Assembly: GCA_013115145.1 (NCBI GenBank)
Contig: JAAPAO010000097.1
Span: 15,347-79,346 of the forward strand
Source: Perkinsus chesapeaki ATCC PRA-425
Taxonomy: Eukaryota > Protista > Perkinsozoa
Reading direction: 5' to 3'
DNA length: 64,000 nucleotides
Positions 45,046-58,371 of the stretch are shown here, piece by piece. Position numbers and translations under genes: made by a program. The notes beneath the pieces are model-generated. The model saw only the letters and a program-made list of their open reading frames with translations, was not told the DNA's origin and did not search any database. Position 1 is the stretch's first letter, and the number at the start of each line of letters is the position of its first letter.

Positions 45046-46762
45046 ATATTGCTTCTATGAAAAAGTTGATCTTCTTTCGAAGCGATTTTCTTGTCTCGTT
45101 CATACCGTTCCATCTTTCGTTTCTATCTCGTTAGCGATTTGTCGAATGTTATAGTAGAAATAATGACCCTTCAGTCCAATAATTTTATGGCATTTATTGT
45201 ATATGATAAATGTCGTACAATTGTTGGGAATATTTTGTCCTAGAAGTTTTGTATTTTTGCGCAGTCGAGTGAATATAAAATCGATTCCTAGCGAATATCA
45301 GTTCTCCAAATTTCACTCCCTTTCAAGTTACTCTTCGCCTGTGTAATAATTGAATGTAAAAGTGGATGATTCGGGTTTTCGGGTTTCGGGTTTTCAGGTA
45401 CATTTTGTAATATTAAATTGTTGTGTGTCATGCAGTGATTGTGATGGGCAATTATCAGCTGGTTTGGGATTTGTCGGTATGGATCAATTTGTTATAGTTG
45501 AGGGTTTATGGAATAGATTGAGTAATTGTGTGACAAGGAGAGTGTTGGAAGGAAGCACTAGAGGAGCGGTGACGGCAGGAGGGGTAATAACGTTGGTAGG
45601 AGGGGGTATTGAGGGGGATCTATACTTAATGGTAGTCTAGATGGTGAAATTGACTGTTGAGGATAAGATGAGCCGTTGATGAATATTGCGAGTTCAATTG
45701 TGGGCATTTTTCCGGGTTGGTGTGTGAAGTGTGTGGTGAAGCGACGGCTTTGTTATGGGCAATTCTTCGGTAGTGTACGATCGTTATCCGTGCAATACAA
45801 CTTACATTTAATTGATATAATATTGTAGCTGTATTAAAATTTGATTCAGTATTTAATAATTTAATACTGAATTTAGTTCAGATTCTTGACTTGAAGGTCC
45901 TGAGTCGTCTCATGTTCCTGACGTCGCCTCAGCTGGCGGTCCAGTTATTATTCTTGTCCCAAGAGCGCACGGTGATGGGGGATGGTGTGCGGGGTGTGGT
46001 GGTACTTGTGGTGTTGGTTGGGATTTGCAGCATTTTATTGGGAAGTTGGAAACTGGTTAAAAGGTTCCCTGGGTGGTTTTGGGGAGAAGGGCGGAGCGAA
46101 GCGATTCGGGAATTACCAATTTTGGATGTTACTGGTAGAAGTGGTAGTTTTGTGCCGCGTGACTTGGAGGGAGGGAAATTGGAGGATTTCAGCGCATTTG
46201 ATACATTTCATGGTTAGTGTCGTTCTGGAGCGGTTATTGAGTTTGGGAGGATCTTAGGTTGAAGCTTGCATGATCTATGGAAGGTTGGAAGGTAACTCGG
46301 GTTCATTGAAGCTTGCTTTATTGCTATGCCATTCCTGGGCGACAAGCGTCTTTTTACCCCATTGAGCGGCAGAGGAAATTTGGTTGTGGTGGCGCTTGGC
46401 CTAATGGCAACTGGAGGGGTGGTTGGGTTAATAGAAGGAGAGGGAGGGGTGAGATGTGAAGTTATTGATAAGAAAAAGGTAATAAAAGCGGGCATTAGGC
46501 ACTGTGTAGGGTTTAGCGTATTATATATAGTAGTTATTAAGATATACAACACTCCAAATTGTATACAATTCTATACGGTGAGTTGATATCTTGGTCCTGT
46601 GCAGCTTGAAGCTGCAACATATGGCTTGTGTGGCAACTGATTGTAGCTGTTAGTAGTGTCATAATCCTCTGAGCCCTGGTGGAATTACGAATGGTTTGCA
46701 ATATCTGTTATCGTTTATAATAGTATCATCCCTCGTGCTGTATATTTTTTGTAAACTTATTT

Positions 46763-48397
46763 ATGCGTAGTAGTATTATTATATTTAATATTAGCTTTAT
46801 TCGGCGTTCATCGGAATGTCGCACGGATCAGCGGTGTGAGATTTCGTGGCGCGTGACGTTTCTGGTTCCTCAGTTTTACGCGTCAAAAAGGTGTGCAGAA
46901 ACAGAGTTTAGAGATGGTCCGAAGGGATTGAAATTTCGAGAAGTCAAAATTGGCGAGGGAAAGAAGGCAACCAAGGGTTCCCTGTGCACGGTAAGGTTGT
47001 AATTCTTGCGCGCCAGGAAATTGTGGGAGGTAGGTACATTACGAGGGAAAGTCGCTGAGTGGCACGAGGATGGAATGCACGTTTAAGAATTCGCTGACTG
47101 GGATACGATTTTACTGCGGTAAAAAAAAGAAAAAATTCGATTTCTTTAGAGTGCGATGAGTATCTTTCATTGTTAGGTTCACCTCAACCAACAGTAGCGC
47201 CATTTCTAAATGAAGGGGTAAGTTCGTCGGTGGTTTGGAGTTGTGCTGTCGTTTTACGGCTCAGGTTCTTGGAATGAGGGAAGGAGGGCATCGGGAGATG
47301 ATCGTCCCACCACACATGCACTACCCGGATCGGTGATAACCTTCGCTGTGCGCAACTTTGAGTATTTCGCTCGCCCGAGAATCTTGGATTTGTTGGTGAT
47401 GCAGTGTGGGTGGAATTGGGATGTAGTTCTTCTTCCAGGGAATTATCTGGTAAAACTTTCGTCTGTTTCCGATGTGTTGATCTCTTGACGCTCTGTAGCC
47501 TACATAGCCTAGAGACTGCAGGGGGTAGGGCGAGTGCAGGGGGTAGGCTTTGATGGAGGGCTGAAATAATATATTATAAACTTATATATATCTAAGTATA
47601 TTATATCATATATTAATCATTATTATTATTATACTATAGACTATCTTATATCATAATAATTAATATAGTAATGAGTATATATAAGAATATAGCCTCCATC
47701 ACAGGCTCGAGCCTCGAGGCTGCTGCTGCTGTGGAGGGTCGCTGGTTGGTTTGGTTCGATACTACTATCCTCTTAGGAGTGATAAGTTGAAGAATGGTTT
47801 GGTAGTTGTTCTATTCTCAGTAAGGCGATTTTAGCGGTTTGAAAAAAGGTTACTAGGTTTGCCCCCTTCTCCGTGATTCTACATTAGGCGGAATATTAGA
47901 GCGTCTACGAGGTGGTAGAAGTGTATAGGGGAATCGGGCAGAAATCGGGGGGAGGGGAAATGCTCCGTTCTCTTCGGTTCTGAGCGGTTAGTTGTTCTCT
48001 CCTATCAGATGGCCGAATCGGATATTGGTCTACGAGGTATCTTTGATGAGGGTTAGAGGGGGTGAAGGTGAGTCAGAAGCATCATGGTATAGCTAGAGGT
48101 GTCAGAAACACCGGCATCATTGCGATATTTCTGAGCTGACTGATGATTATGATGATGATGATGATGATGTGTTCTTCGAGCGTCAAGTTGATAGAAGAAT
48201 TAACTTTGTTATGTATCTTCTTAAGAAAAAAGAAAACCACATGCATTCTTTCTCGGAACATTTCTTATCTGTCTATGGCTAGAGGTGTCAGAAAGTATCG
48301 TCATTCAGGGAACGAGGAGGCGGATGCAGTTGAGAAGGAGGAGTTCGAGAAGATGCCATGGTTCGCCAAAATGCTATATAAATTCATGCCATATTGA
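46763..48397 (+). CDS. FKBP-type peptidyl-prolyl cis-trans isomerase, multi-exon
   Basis: GLKFREVKIGEGKKATKGSLCT|VHYEGKSLSG...|VLGMREGGHREMIVPPHMHYPDR|WPNRILVYEVSLMRV matches the FKBP fold order. The last exon ends ...KFMPY*. Confidence 0.8.
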
Positions 48398-49032
48398 GGG
48401 CGTCGTTTCTGATAGAATAATTGATTTTTGTTTTTTCCATCTTCACATCATCTTTGAGATTCGCCTGCAGTTGTTGTTAGATTTCGCCACAATGGTAATC
48501 GCCGCCGCGAGCCCAATCAAAAGAACTTACAGTAGCAATCGAATTTCCGGTAATTTTTTGTATTTTCGGGATTTCAGGACCGGCTGATCGTTCGGAAAAA
48601 AATAATTGGCGCGACGGTGAAGAAGACGATAATGTAGGGGGGGCTTTGTGGATTTACTCTTTGTTTTTTTTGAGAGAACGAGGAAATTCACTCCGTGGGT
48701 TTGTGGTTTCCGAGGAAACCACAAAATTCAGGAAAATTTCAGGAAATTTACTCCTATGCTCAATGGTTCGTTCGACGTGATGAACGGATAATCGTTTTTC
48801 AATATCCTTCGGTGTGTGAAATTTTGGTGTTGATAAGGATTCGATGAAGATCCTTCGTCGCAGTTCACCAGACTAATTACCTTGATGATGGGCTTTTGGC
48901 GCAAGGTATGAGTGCTTGTGATGCATCTTGCGAATCAGTTGTCATTTTGAAGTTTTTTGGAAAAAAGTCCAATCAAGAAAAATTTGTTGACGAGTCTTCG
49001 GGCAATGATTTTGGAAGTGAAAAAGAGCGAGA

Positions 49033-49881
49033 ATGTCATTTCTTCTACTTTTGATATTATTCGCGGAAGGTTTTACTCTCATTTTTGTTCAGGCGAAATC
49101 ACCAAAATCCGATGATGAAATTGAAAGAAAATACTACAATCGTGACGGAAAAGGAAAAGGCGGTTGGTGGTATACTCCAACGTGGAAAGGAAAAGGGTGG
49201 TATGGAAAGGGGGGCTTTAAGGGAGGGAAAGGCAGATATGAAGGAGCGTTAGGAAAAGGCAAGGGGAGGCAAGATGAGCAAGATTTTGATAGAGGCTACT
49301 GGCGCGGCACCGGATTTTATACTGGAAAGGGAAGTCCGTGGAGAAAAGGGAAGGGAAAGGGTCGTTGGAGCGACGTCGGGTCGGAAAGTGATGCGGAAAG
49401 CGTTAAAGAGGATGTCACGTTGAGGAATAGTAAGGATGAGCAAGATAAGCAAGAAAAAAGTCCTGTGGTGGACTGGGAAAGAAGAAAGGGTGGGAAGGGG
49501 AAGGGAAAGGGGTGGTATACTCCATGGGGAAAAGGCAAGGGATATAAAGGAAAGGGATATGCGTGGGGAAAAGGCAAGGGGAGACAGGATGAGCAAGATT
49601 GGTGGAGGAGAGGAAAAGGGAATTATATGGACGATGATTCTGGAAGCGAGTCTGATGTTATTATGAGGCCTAAAGGAGGAAAGGGAAGGTTCGGGGCGTT
49701 AGGGAAAGGCAAGGGATGGCAAGATGGGCAAGATTATTATGATAGAGGATATGGAAAAGGAAAGGGTTATGTGATTGTTGTGGCGAAAGGGAAGGGGAAG
49801 GGGTGGGGATATAATCCTTGGTGGGCGGGGAAGGGTTATGGAATGAAAGGGAAGGGTAAAGGAAACTACCGTAATGAATGA
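49033..49881 (+). CDS. Putative secreted Gly/Lys/Trp/Tyr-rich GKG-repeat protein
   Basis: Single 282-codon ORF with a hydrophobic N-terminus ending VQA, many GKG/GKGKG motifs and acidic spacers (GRQDEQD twice, GSESD twice). Confidence 0.75.
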   Translation: MSFLLLLILFAEGFTLIFVQAKSPKSDDEIERKYYNRDGKGKGGWWYTPTWKGKGWYGKGGFKGGKGRYEGALGKGKGRQDEQDFDRGYWRGTGFYTGKGSPWRKGKGKGRWSDVGSESDAESVKEDVTLRNSKDEQDKQEKSPVVDWERRKGGKGKGKGWYTPWGKGKGYKGKGYAWGKGKGRQDEQDWWRRGKGNYMDDDSGSESDVIMRPKGGKGRFGALGKGKGWQDGQDYYDRGYGKGKGYVIVVAKGKGKGWGYNPWWAGKGYGMKGKGKGNYRNE

Positions 49882-51239
49882 TAAATTTGCTAAATAGTAA
49901 TTTGTGTGAGTTTTAAGTGTTTCTTGGGAGAGGATTTGATATGATTTGTTGAGTTGTGATTTAGTGTAAGAAGGATGCCGGACGAAGGAGTTGCACAATC
50001 GGGTTGTATGGTAGATAGGAGTCAAAGCAGTGACACTGCTGCAGTGTTGTGTAGATATGTAACGGATTCCTATTTCCGTGAAGGCAAGATTATCAGAGTC
50101 ATAACAAAGTCATTGACAATCCTACGGAACAGGGAAAGAATACGAGTATCAATGATGTTACTTTATAAGCTAATCGTTCGCGCACTACATTGTATATGCT
50201 GCGGAGAGACCAATTTGCCAAATTAGATTTGGCTTGGAACTAACAATGCAGATTGCTGTATCTCAGGAACAGAGAAATGCCTCGCAATCATTGGCTTGTG
50301 CGCCATAACGCACGAGTCGTATCCGGGAGATGAGCCATTACTTACATCACCCCTCACATGATCTTAGCAAGAGTTGTGCGCAACAGCGAAGTGTGGGTGC
50401 CACCACAGACGATAGAGGATTCAGAGGCGATAAGGTCACGAGACGTTTACAGTGGAGGACAAAGAATACCGTCCCTCGGGGATTAGTACACAAGCATAGG
50501 GGTTAAATATGATCGATCAGTCGACAATGACATTGAACGGAATCATACTGTATATTCGAATGTAGTTCGACTAGTTCGGGCAAATTTACCCGTCTATCGG
50601 ACGAGCCTAGCACATTTCGAAGGAGCCAATTTTTCCAGACTGCTAGCTTATGTTAGCAGTGGTCGGGTTAAATGTTTAGGGGCTGATGGCTTCTTAATAA
50701 TCGTCGTTACTTCTTGTTGGATTTCTGACCATATTTCCATCTATTCCTGGCGCCGACCGTTTCCGTTTAGTTCATGTGATTAGGTGTAGAGTTTGACCTG
50801 AATGCAAATGGCATTTGCCAAATGCTAGTAATTTGTGGAGGATGGCACGGCATTTGTTCAGTGCAACTAGACAAGCCTTTGCTGGGACATGGAGACTTCT
50901 TGAGTTCCCCTCCAGTTTCCCCGCACAAACTACGTACCACGGAATGATTCGCTGTTTCCGCAGGACTCTCGTTATTCGCGACCTTGGATTGACGAACTTT
51001 TCCTACACTCAGTAGGAAATCGTGGGACGCCCAGGAGCCGCAAAAGCCACCTGCCCCATAAACGTGCACTTGATAAGTTCTTTCCCACAGGTTGCGCCAT
51101 GAGCGCCCTATCTTCATCATAAGGAGCCGTCGTACCAGAAAACTGAAACCTGAAGTCTCGATCCAAGAGCCCTTAGCGAGCGCCGTAGTATACTGCTATC
51201 CCTACAGTTCCATTATAAACTCTGAGTAAGAGTACAAGA

Positions 51240-51686
51240 ATGACACTCAGCAATTTATTCGAAGTGGTAGTTATCAGCATCCTGGTTAAGCCTCAACTGG
51301 CGGAGGTGGCAGCCCTTGGCAAGTACATTGGTTGGGATCAAGACTATCGCTTCTACTGCGAGATGACTGTGAAGAGCTCGTCTGAAATGCAAATTGTGGC
51401 CGACGTTAAGCTCGAGAGAGGAACTAATCGTGGAACTTGTATATACTGCTACTTCGTGTACGGCGTCTCGGAAGGGTTTGGTAAAAATAGAAGCAGGGGA
51501 ATCGGTGGTGACTCACTCTACCAAGTTGATTCAATTTACCCACCAGAGGACCCGACCACCGCTTGTCTCGACGCACTGGGAGGACTCATCGGTGTGGGTG
51601 ACGATTGTCGCTGGAATGCATACCCGAAGAATGGCAGGATGGTTCTCGACGGGTGCGGCTCACACTGGGACCTGGGTCACACCTAG
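51240..51686 (+). CDS. Small Cys-rich putatively secreted protein, paralog 1
   Basis: 148-aa intronless ORF with an N-terminal hydrophobic stretch. Clear full-length paralog of 54166-54615. Confidence 0.7.
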   Translation: MTLSNLFEVVVISILVKPQLAEVAALGKYIGWDQDYRFYCEMTVKSSSEMQIVADVKLERGTNRGTCIYCYFVYGVSEGFGKNRSRGIGGDSLYQVDSIYPPEDPTTACLDALGGLIGVGDDCRWNAYPKNGRMVLDGCGSHWDLGHT

Positions 51687-53261
51687 TAGGTCTTGTCAGT
51701 TAAAAAATCTTGAGTCTTGACGAGCGTCATTTAAAAACTTTAAACGCACATAGTAATCATGAGCAAGCTCGCCTCAGTAGCAGCTTGCTTGCTCTGTTTA
51801 GTATAAGACTTATACTATAAGTGGTACATTCAGTCGCTCATTCAATAGACTGTCGTAGTTTGTCATCATAAATGGTTATCTTGTGGTCATTATACAGAAA
51901 GCTTCGAGTCAAAGCTTAGTGCACATGATTGTGTTGTGTTTGTGGCGGTGGGTATTACACACTGTGTAATGTTGCTCTACTGTCCCAGTGCGACTGTCAC
52001 ACCAGGGCACTGTCTCAGGAACATAATGATGGCATAGAGCCCATACTATAGCCCAGGTGATGATACCCTCAGGATATTAATGATATCATACTATCCTGAC
52101 CCATCGCAAGTTTAACGTGTGGAGTCCGCACTACGGACTAACACCTACGGTATGAAGACATGTTATTCGAAGATCCTTCAAATGGAATGCACTGGAACGA
52201 CTTTAACTTGATGTCGTTGAATCCAATGCTATGGTGTCGCTGAATTGGCTGTGGCTGCCAACTGATTAGTCAACTAGTGTCGATAACCTCATAATGGCTC
52301 GATTTGTTGATGCATCTATCACCGTTGTCATCTAAACCCTCCGAACCATCCGAACCCTAAGACCACACACAGGTTCCCCTATTGGATATGACATGCATCC
52401 CGCGAACGGTCGTAAACCTGACTTGATACAGGGTCACTGGATATCCTGACCCTACGCATCAAAACAATAGTTACTCAAGAAGACAAGTCCTACCTCCATA
52501 CTGTGTAGATTGTGGAGTCGGTCGATAGTTGGGCCTTTGGAGACATTACTGTCAACGTATAACCGCTAGCGGCAAATAAATGTAGCGGGCGGACCGGTGG
52601 ATTATTTGTGCGATGGTATCTGAGCTGATTACCATAATGTGGTAACCGGTTAACTTAACCGGGTTAAGTTAACCCTCCGTATTATTCTCCATGTCATGGA
52701 GTCCATGATGCCTCGCCTACTCGTGAGGTTGCTTGGGCTGCAAGATTGCATCTCTGTGAATTTAACCCCTCGTGTTTATTCTCCGTGAGGCAGTGTGTTC
52801 GCTTCGTACTGTCAGCGCTGCGTTCAATGGGAAAGAACCAGTGAATTACTGGTCCAGTAATACTGGACGAGCTGACGGCCAGCGAAATTGCGGTGGAGGG
52901 CAAGAAGTGAAACGAATTGCTAGGAGGTGCAAGTTTTGCAAGAGGCAGTACATCTTGGGTGGTGCGGTCTAGCTCAGGTGTTGTGTTGTGCGAGCTAACT
53001 GTTACTACATGTAGTTGTACAGTTGTTGCTCTATAATCTTGATTGATGGTTTTTTTCTCAATCATGCCGTGATTTTGCTGGTTATATGTCACTCGGTTCG
53101 CAGTCCCTTAGTCACGCTGTGACTTCGTCTGTGACGCTTGGATTTGCAGCTGCCTACTTATGCCTAACTTAGTCGGTTATCTGGTGCTCGATGTGCAGTT
53201 TGTTAGTTACGTTGTGACTTCGTTACGCAACGCTCGACTCGCTGTTTCTCGGTTACGCTGC

Positions 53262-53336
53262 GACTGCGTTTGTTATGCGATGCTTGAATTGCAGATTCTA
53301 GCCAAGCTGTGACTGCGTTTGTTATGCGATGCTTGA
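53262..53336. repeat. 26-bp direct repeat, 2 copies
   Basis: GACTGCGTTTGTTATGCGATGCTTGA at 53262 and 53311. Confidence 0.85.
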
Positions 53337-54165
53337 TTTACTATGTATGTGTATCAGAACTGCAGAAGCAAACTTGCAGTGGAAGCGCCACCACTGTCTC
53401 AGTTTGGCACAGTCGCCCAACAGCTTCTGGATGAATTGCTAGTGGAAGAGTTGGTAGAGGAGGAATCACCAGCCTTCGACTTCATCAACCTCTTGGCTAC
53501 GGGACCAGTTAGCCGTGGACGAATTTGGGTACACCCGTTCCCGGAGAGTCGACCGACCGACTTTGTCTAAGGGTGCGGGGCGCAAGGCGCGAAGAAGTCT
53601 GGGAGGGGAGCAATCCTCGGTATTGTATTGAATGCGCCTCAGTACCTTTCTTCCCACCTCTCCTACCCTCGTGCTTGTTGATCGTGGGAGGAGGATCGGC
53701 CTTCGGCTGTCGAGTTGTTTGTCGAGTCGGCTTCGGCTGAGTATTTATTGTGCCGACTCGGCACGTAGAGACACGGAGAGTCTCCGTCACGGACTTATCG
53801 TGCTTCTTCCAGGTCTTGCACCCAAACCACGTACTACCGAATGTGTCAAACTACTGCCTATGCTTCATCATTTGCTTACCACACTTAAGATAATGACAGT
53901 CATTGAATGACTTGACAAGGTTTTCGTCCACTCAGTAAAAAAAGTGGGTCGTAGACTGCTCAGAAACGGTGGAGCACTCGCTCCATCACCCTCGGTTTCG
54001 ACTCAGCCCGGTTCTTTCCCATAGGTTGTGCGAAGAGCGCACACGCTTGATCGCCTCACAGAATTCAATTTGTAAATACAGCCAAAACTTGCGGTTGAAA
54101 AGTTCGTCGCACGGTAGTATAATGATATCATCACAGTTCCGTTGTAGACTCTGAATAGTACAAGA

Positions 54166-54615
54166 ATGACACTCAGCAATTTATTCGAAGTGGTAGTTAT
54201 TAGCCTTCTAGTTAAGCCTCAACTGGCGGAGGTGGCAGCCCTCGGCAACTACGTTGGTTGGGATCACGACCATCGTTTCTCTTGCGTGATGACTGTGACG
54301 AGCTCGTCTGAAATGCAGATCGTGGCCGACATTGAGTTGGGTAGAGAAACTGCTTGTGAAACTTGTACCAACTGCTACTTCGTGTACGGCTTCTCAGAAG
54401 GGCTTGGTATGAATAGAAGCAGGACAATTAGTGGTCACCAACTCTACCAAGTTGCTTTACCACTGGAGGACCCGACCACTGCCTGTCTAAACAGACTAGC
54501 TAAATATATCGGTGTGGGAGTCAATTGCCGCTGGAATGCATACGCGAAGAGTGGCATGATGATTCTCGATGCCGTGGATTGTGGTAAACACTGGGAGCTA
54601 GTTCATGTCAGTTAA
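54166..54615 (+). CDS. Small Cys-rich putatively secreted protein, paralog 2
   Basis: 149 aa. Shares MTLSNLFEVVVIS.LVKPQLAEVAALG.Y.GWD, C..CYFVYG.SEG.G.NRSR and EDPTTACL with paralog 1. Confidence 0.7.
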   Translation: MTLSNLFEVVVISLLVKPQLAEVAALGNYVGWDHDHRFSCVMTVTSSSEMQIVADIELGRETACETCTNCYFVYGFSEGLGMNRSRTISGHQLYQVALPLEDPTTACLNRLAKYIGVGVNCRWNAYAKSGMMILDAVDCGKHWELVHVS

Positions 54616-55324
54616 GGAAGCTTAAGCCTTGAAGCGCGTCACTAATAGGCTTTCGACGCACATAGTAATGATTAGCAAGCTCGTATCAGTACTTGCTCTG
54701 TCCCTTTGTTATATTGTCGTCCTGGATGATTATCTTCTATTACAAAGCTTCGACTCGGAGGCTTCGAAACTGAATGTGCATCATTGGGTTGTGTTTGTGT
54801 CAGTGGTTGTTAGGTCTTCGTGACGAAGTGGCGGAGCTCTTTCAGCTGTTATTTTGCTCGTTAGTTCGTCATCACACGCGTAGTGCTTTGGAGGTGCGAG
54901 CTGGAGGTTGGAGACTGCTATTAGATAACCTAGTAACCCATTTGCGTCCCGAGTTCGAAGCCCAGTCAACAGCAGTTATTGAGGGTCTCGGTAGACGTTT
55001 TGTGAATATTCTTGTCAATTCAGCTTCCGCGGGATTCTTTCGTTCGGGGGTGAGCCAAAGTAATAGTTCAGCAGATGAGAACACTCAACGTGTACACACT
55101 GCGAGAATGAATGCCTTCTACGAGATGGCTCAGAATAATAGGTTATCTTTCGAAGCCATGATGTCAGATGCTCCGGCTAGAGCCATGCCTCTGATTCGGG
55201 GCATGCAGGCACAGGTGCAAGGAGATGCATTCGAGTGTCATGATGCACTTCGCGGGGCGGGCATCTAACGCAAGGAATGAGTCGACACCAATGGGAAATG
55301 TATACCCCAGACTAAGTCCTTCCA

Positions 55325-58100
55325 GTGATCGTGATAGACAGGATGCTTTGGATATTTCGCCTTACCCACGGGAAGCACAAAGCCATAGGCCTTTCACTGG
55401 TACCGACGAAATATTCTTCACCCCCTATCAGTTCGACAAGGCGTCAGACACAAGCTACCGATTCCACTCCTCATCAACTCTCAGTTCATCCATACGTGCC
55501 TACAGAGACCCCGGCCCAATATGGTGCTACATATCATGAGGACGAGCGCATTTCATCGTGCGCTACACCAGACTCACCTAGACAACACTCTTCGTTCCAG
55601 GAGTTTATGACCAGGTCGAATGTTGAACCCTGTGAGCTCCCATCGACACCAGTGCCACATGATAACTTCCCAGTACATTTATCTCGTTCGGAGCAGAGTA
55701 ATATTGCAGTAGACGAGCCGTTGAGTCCTGACTCCAGTGTTGTAACCTATTTATCTGACACCGAAAGTTGCCAATCCTTCGATTCGTGGTCTTCCAGCCA
55801 AGGAGATGAATTCCTTGATGCGGAGCACATGGAGGATGGCCCTCGCCCAGAACGTCAGGGAGCGGTACAAGCCATATGGGAGGAGCAACTTTTCTTAACC
55901 CTCCGAGGAAATATTAATAGCGTCCTTGATGGCTACTTGAGCCAACGTCCATTTCTTATGCGCTCTAAAAGCTCGAAAGAGAACCGCATGAGACAGGAAC
56001 TCTGGTGCGCAAGGCGATACCAGGGAACAGCTAGTCCTGGAGCGGTCCGTATCAAGAGACCATCATGGAAGAAGTGGCCGCATTACACGTGTCCAATGGG
56101 CAAGATGCTTGTCGTAGAGAGTGGGCTCACAGATGATAAAAGATGTTTCTTTTACGGCTCCCGAGAAGCTTGTAAAAGCCAGGTAGGGTGACTGAATCAT
56201 GAGCATGATCACGAAACTTGGCGGTGTTTATCATGGAGTATTCCTCCACCTCTTGTGGACGTTGCTGCCGAGGCTCTAGCAGATGACTCATCTCTAAGTC
56301 CCGCAGAGGTGTTCACGATATGGGAAAGGGATAGAAGCCGCGGGGAATATGGCCTTCTTGAACGCCGGTGGCTTGAGAAGACAGAGACGGAGGAAGACCA
56401 TCCTTCCCTCTCCGGCAATATACGCGACCTTATATCTGCTCTGACCAAGCGCAAGCTGAAGGGGCTCCGGATTGACAAGTCCTTAGAAGAAATACGTCGC
56501 CCAGGGGAAGAGGCGGCAGCCAATGGAATCCATTGGGCATCCGATGCCCCTCAGCCAAAGATATAGTTGCTACTGTATTAAGAGTGATGCGGGGAGATGC
56601 AACCGAGAATGATATCAGTGCTAGTGACCACTGTGACACGCTGTTACTAGCTGGCACACCGCTCGTTGAAACGGACTCGTCGGGAGATACTACGAAATTG
56701 GCAGTAACGATGTGTTCCGCTCGCATGGTTTGCAACTATTTAACCTCTACCCAAGTGAGTCTCGATGTAACTTATAATCTAGTCCTCGGGCGCCTAGCTT
56801 TACTTACGATGTGCGCAATAACTAATTCTGGATCGTCTAAACCTTGTCTAATATCGGTGATCTCATCCGAAAATAGTTCAAGCATCTTGTACGCCATTCA
56901 ACAATATCACTCATTCGTGCAAAGCTTGGGATACGATTTACCACAGGTCTTAAGGGTTGTTCAAGATGGATCTCGAGCCATCAACCGTGCTGTAAATATA
57001 ATATATACACCCCAAGTCCGAATATCTAGTTGTTATTTTCATTTTCTGCAATCCGTAAAGCGACGTAAAGGATCCTATATGCTGACAAGCGAGATTCTTT
57101 CGAAAATGATCTCAAAGCCGTAGCGGTAGCAAGCACGCTTCGCGAATTCAATATACTCATGGACCTCCTGCTAAGCAAGTGGCAAGCCAAGCAAATACCA
57201 GAAATAGATCGGCTTATCCGCTCCATCACTGATGGAGGATGGTTCGATCCGACAGATTTCCGTAGTCACTGGTCTGCCGCTCACAATGTATGTGGGCTTG
57301 GCGGACGAACTAGCAATGGGATAGAATCATTTCACCGCTCTCTGAAACGCTTACTCCTGCGAGGGAGGGCCATGCGGACACTTATGCAATTAGGTGTTGC
57401 ACTGCGGGGGCTCCCATTCCGTCTCATTTCCTCTCACAATCGTGCTAAAGTAACCGGGCGTATAGTCCACCAGCGAGACAGGAGAAATTCGCTAGGTTGC
57501 GGTCCGTGCTTGCTCATTCCTGCTAGCCTACCCTCACCTGTCTCCTGGAGTCTTTTCCCATCAATTCATGGGCATGCGAGTTGCCAGAGATCCGACTGCA
57601 GGGACAGAACAGCACGCCAACGCTCTGTGCATTATCTAACCGTTGACCCTCCATGCACTGTGTATATTTTTGTATCTCAAGGGAGTTCTTCGCCCTTTCA
57701 AGTCCGGAAATTAAAGGACTTGAATCGCTTGGTTAAGAAGACGAATATTATTACGAAGAGGGTTGCTGGGTGTTACTCGACTTTTGACGAAGCCAAAAAG
57801 ATTATTCTCAATGTTTTTCCAGCTCGATTTACCAGGAGCCCAGACTTGACAGTTCATCCGCTCCAGGGCGTACCAAGCTGTAGCTGTGAAGGTTATGCGA
57901 GGGCCGGCAAGTGCGGCCATCTCATTTACTTATCTCATATGCCTGGTGTTGACCCTGAAGAGCACTGGACTCTTCTGGATGCAAAGTTACAGCGAGCAGT
58001 TTCACACAACCGCCGTGGCCAGATAGACAATACTCTATCATCTAGCGCCCGATACGGGTTCGGGCGTCGGCGAGTGTTGGAGGAACCAAATCCTGCTTAA
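55325..58100 (+). mobile_element. Decayed Mutator-like (MULE) transposase with SWIM zinc finger
   Basis: VSLDVTY (D1), VQDGSRA (D2), SCYFH (CxxH), RTSNGIESFH (E) and CSCEGYARAGKCGH (SWIM). Interrupted by an in-frame TGA at 56189-56191 and frameshifts near 56530 and 57075. Confidence 0.85.
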
Positions 58101-58371
58101 CAAGCACCAGCCAGGCCACGAATTCGTATTATCAGTAGCCGTTCCTGTAATCATGATGACCCCGGAGAAAGTGAGGGCAATTGCCGTAGACAGTTACAAT
58201 TAGATACACCCGAGTCCTCAGACCCGCAGGACTGTGATAATGACGCTCCACATATAAAAAAGCACCGTCGCATGTAAGCAGTAAGTACAAGGAAGGTAGT
58301 ATGACTCTCCATATTATCCGTAGCTATATGTAACATGACTCTTATAAACCTCATCAAATTTGACATGTGAC

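Noticed and set aside
53343-53800. Broken ORFs resembling a retrotransposon integrase tail
   Set aside because: No catalytic motif is recognisable, so it is too weak to annotate.
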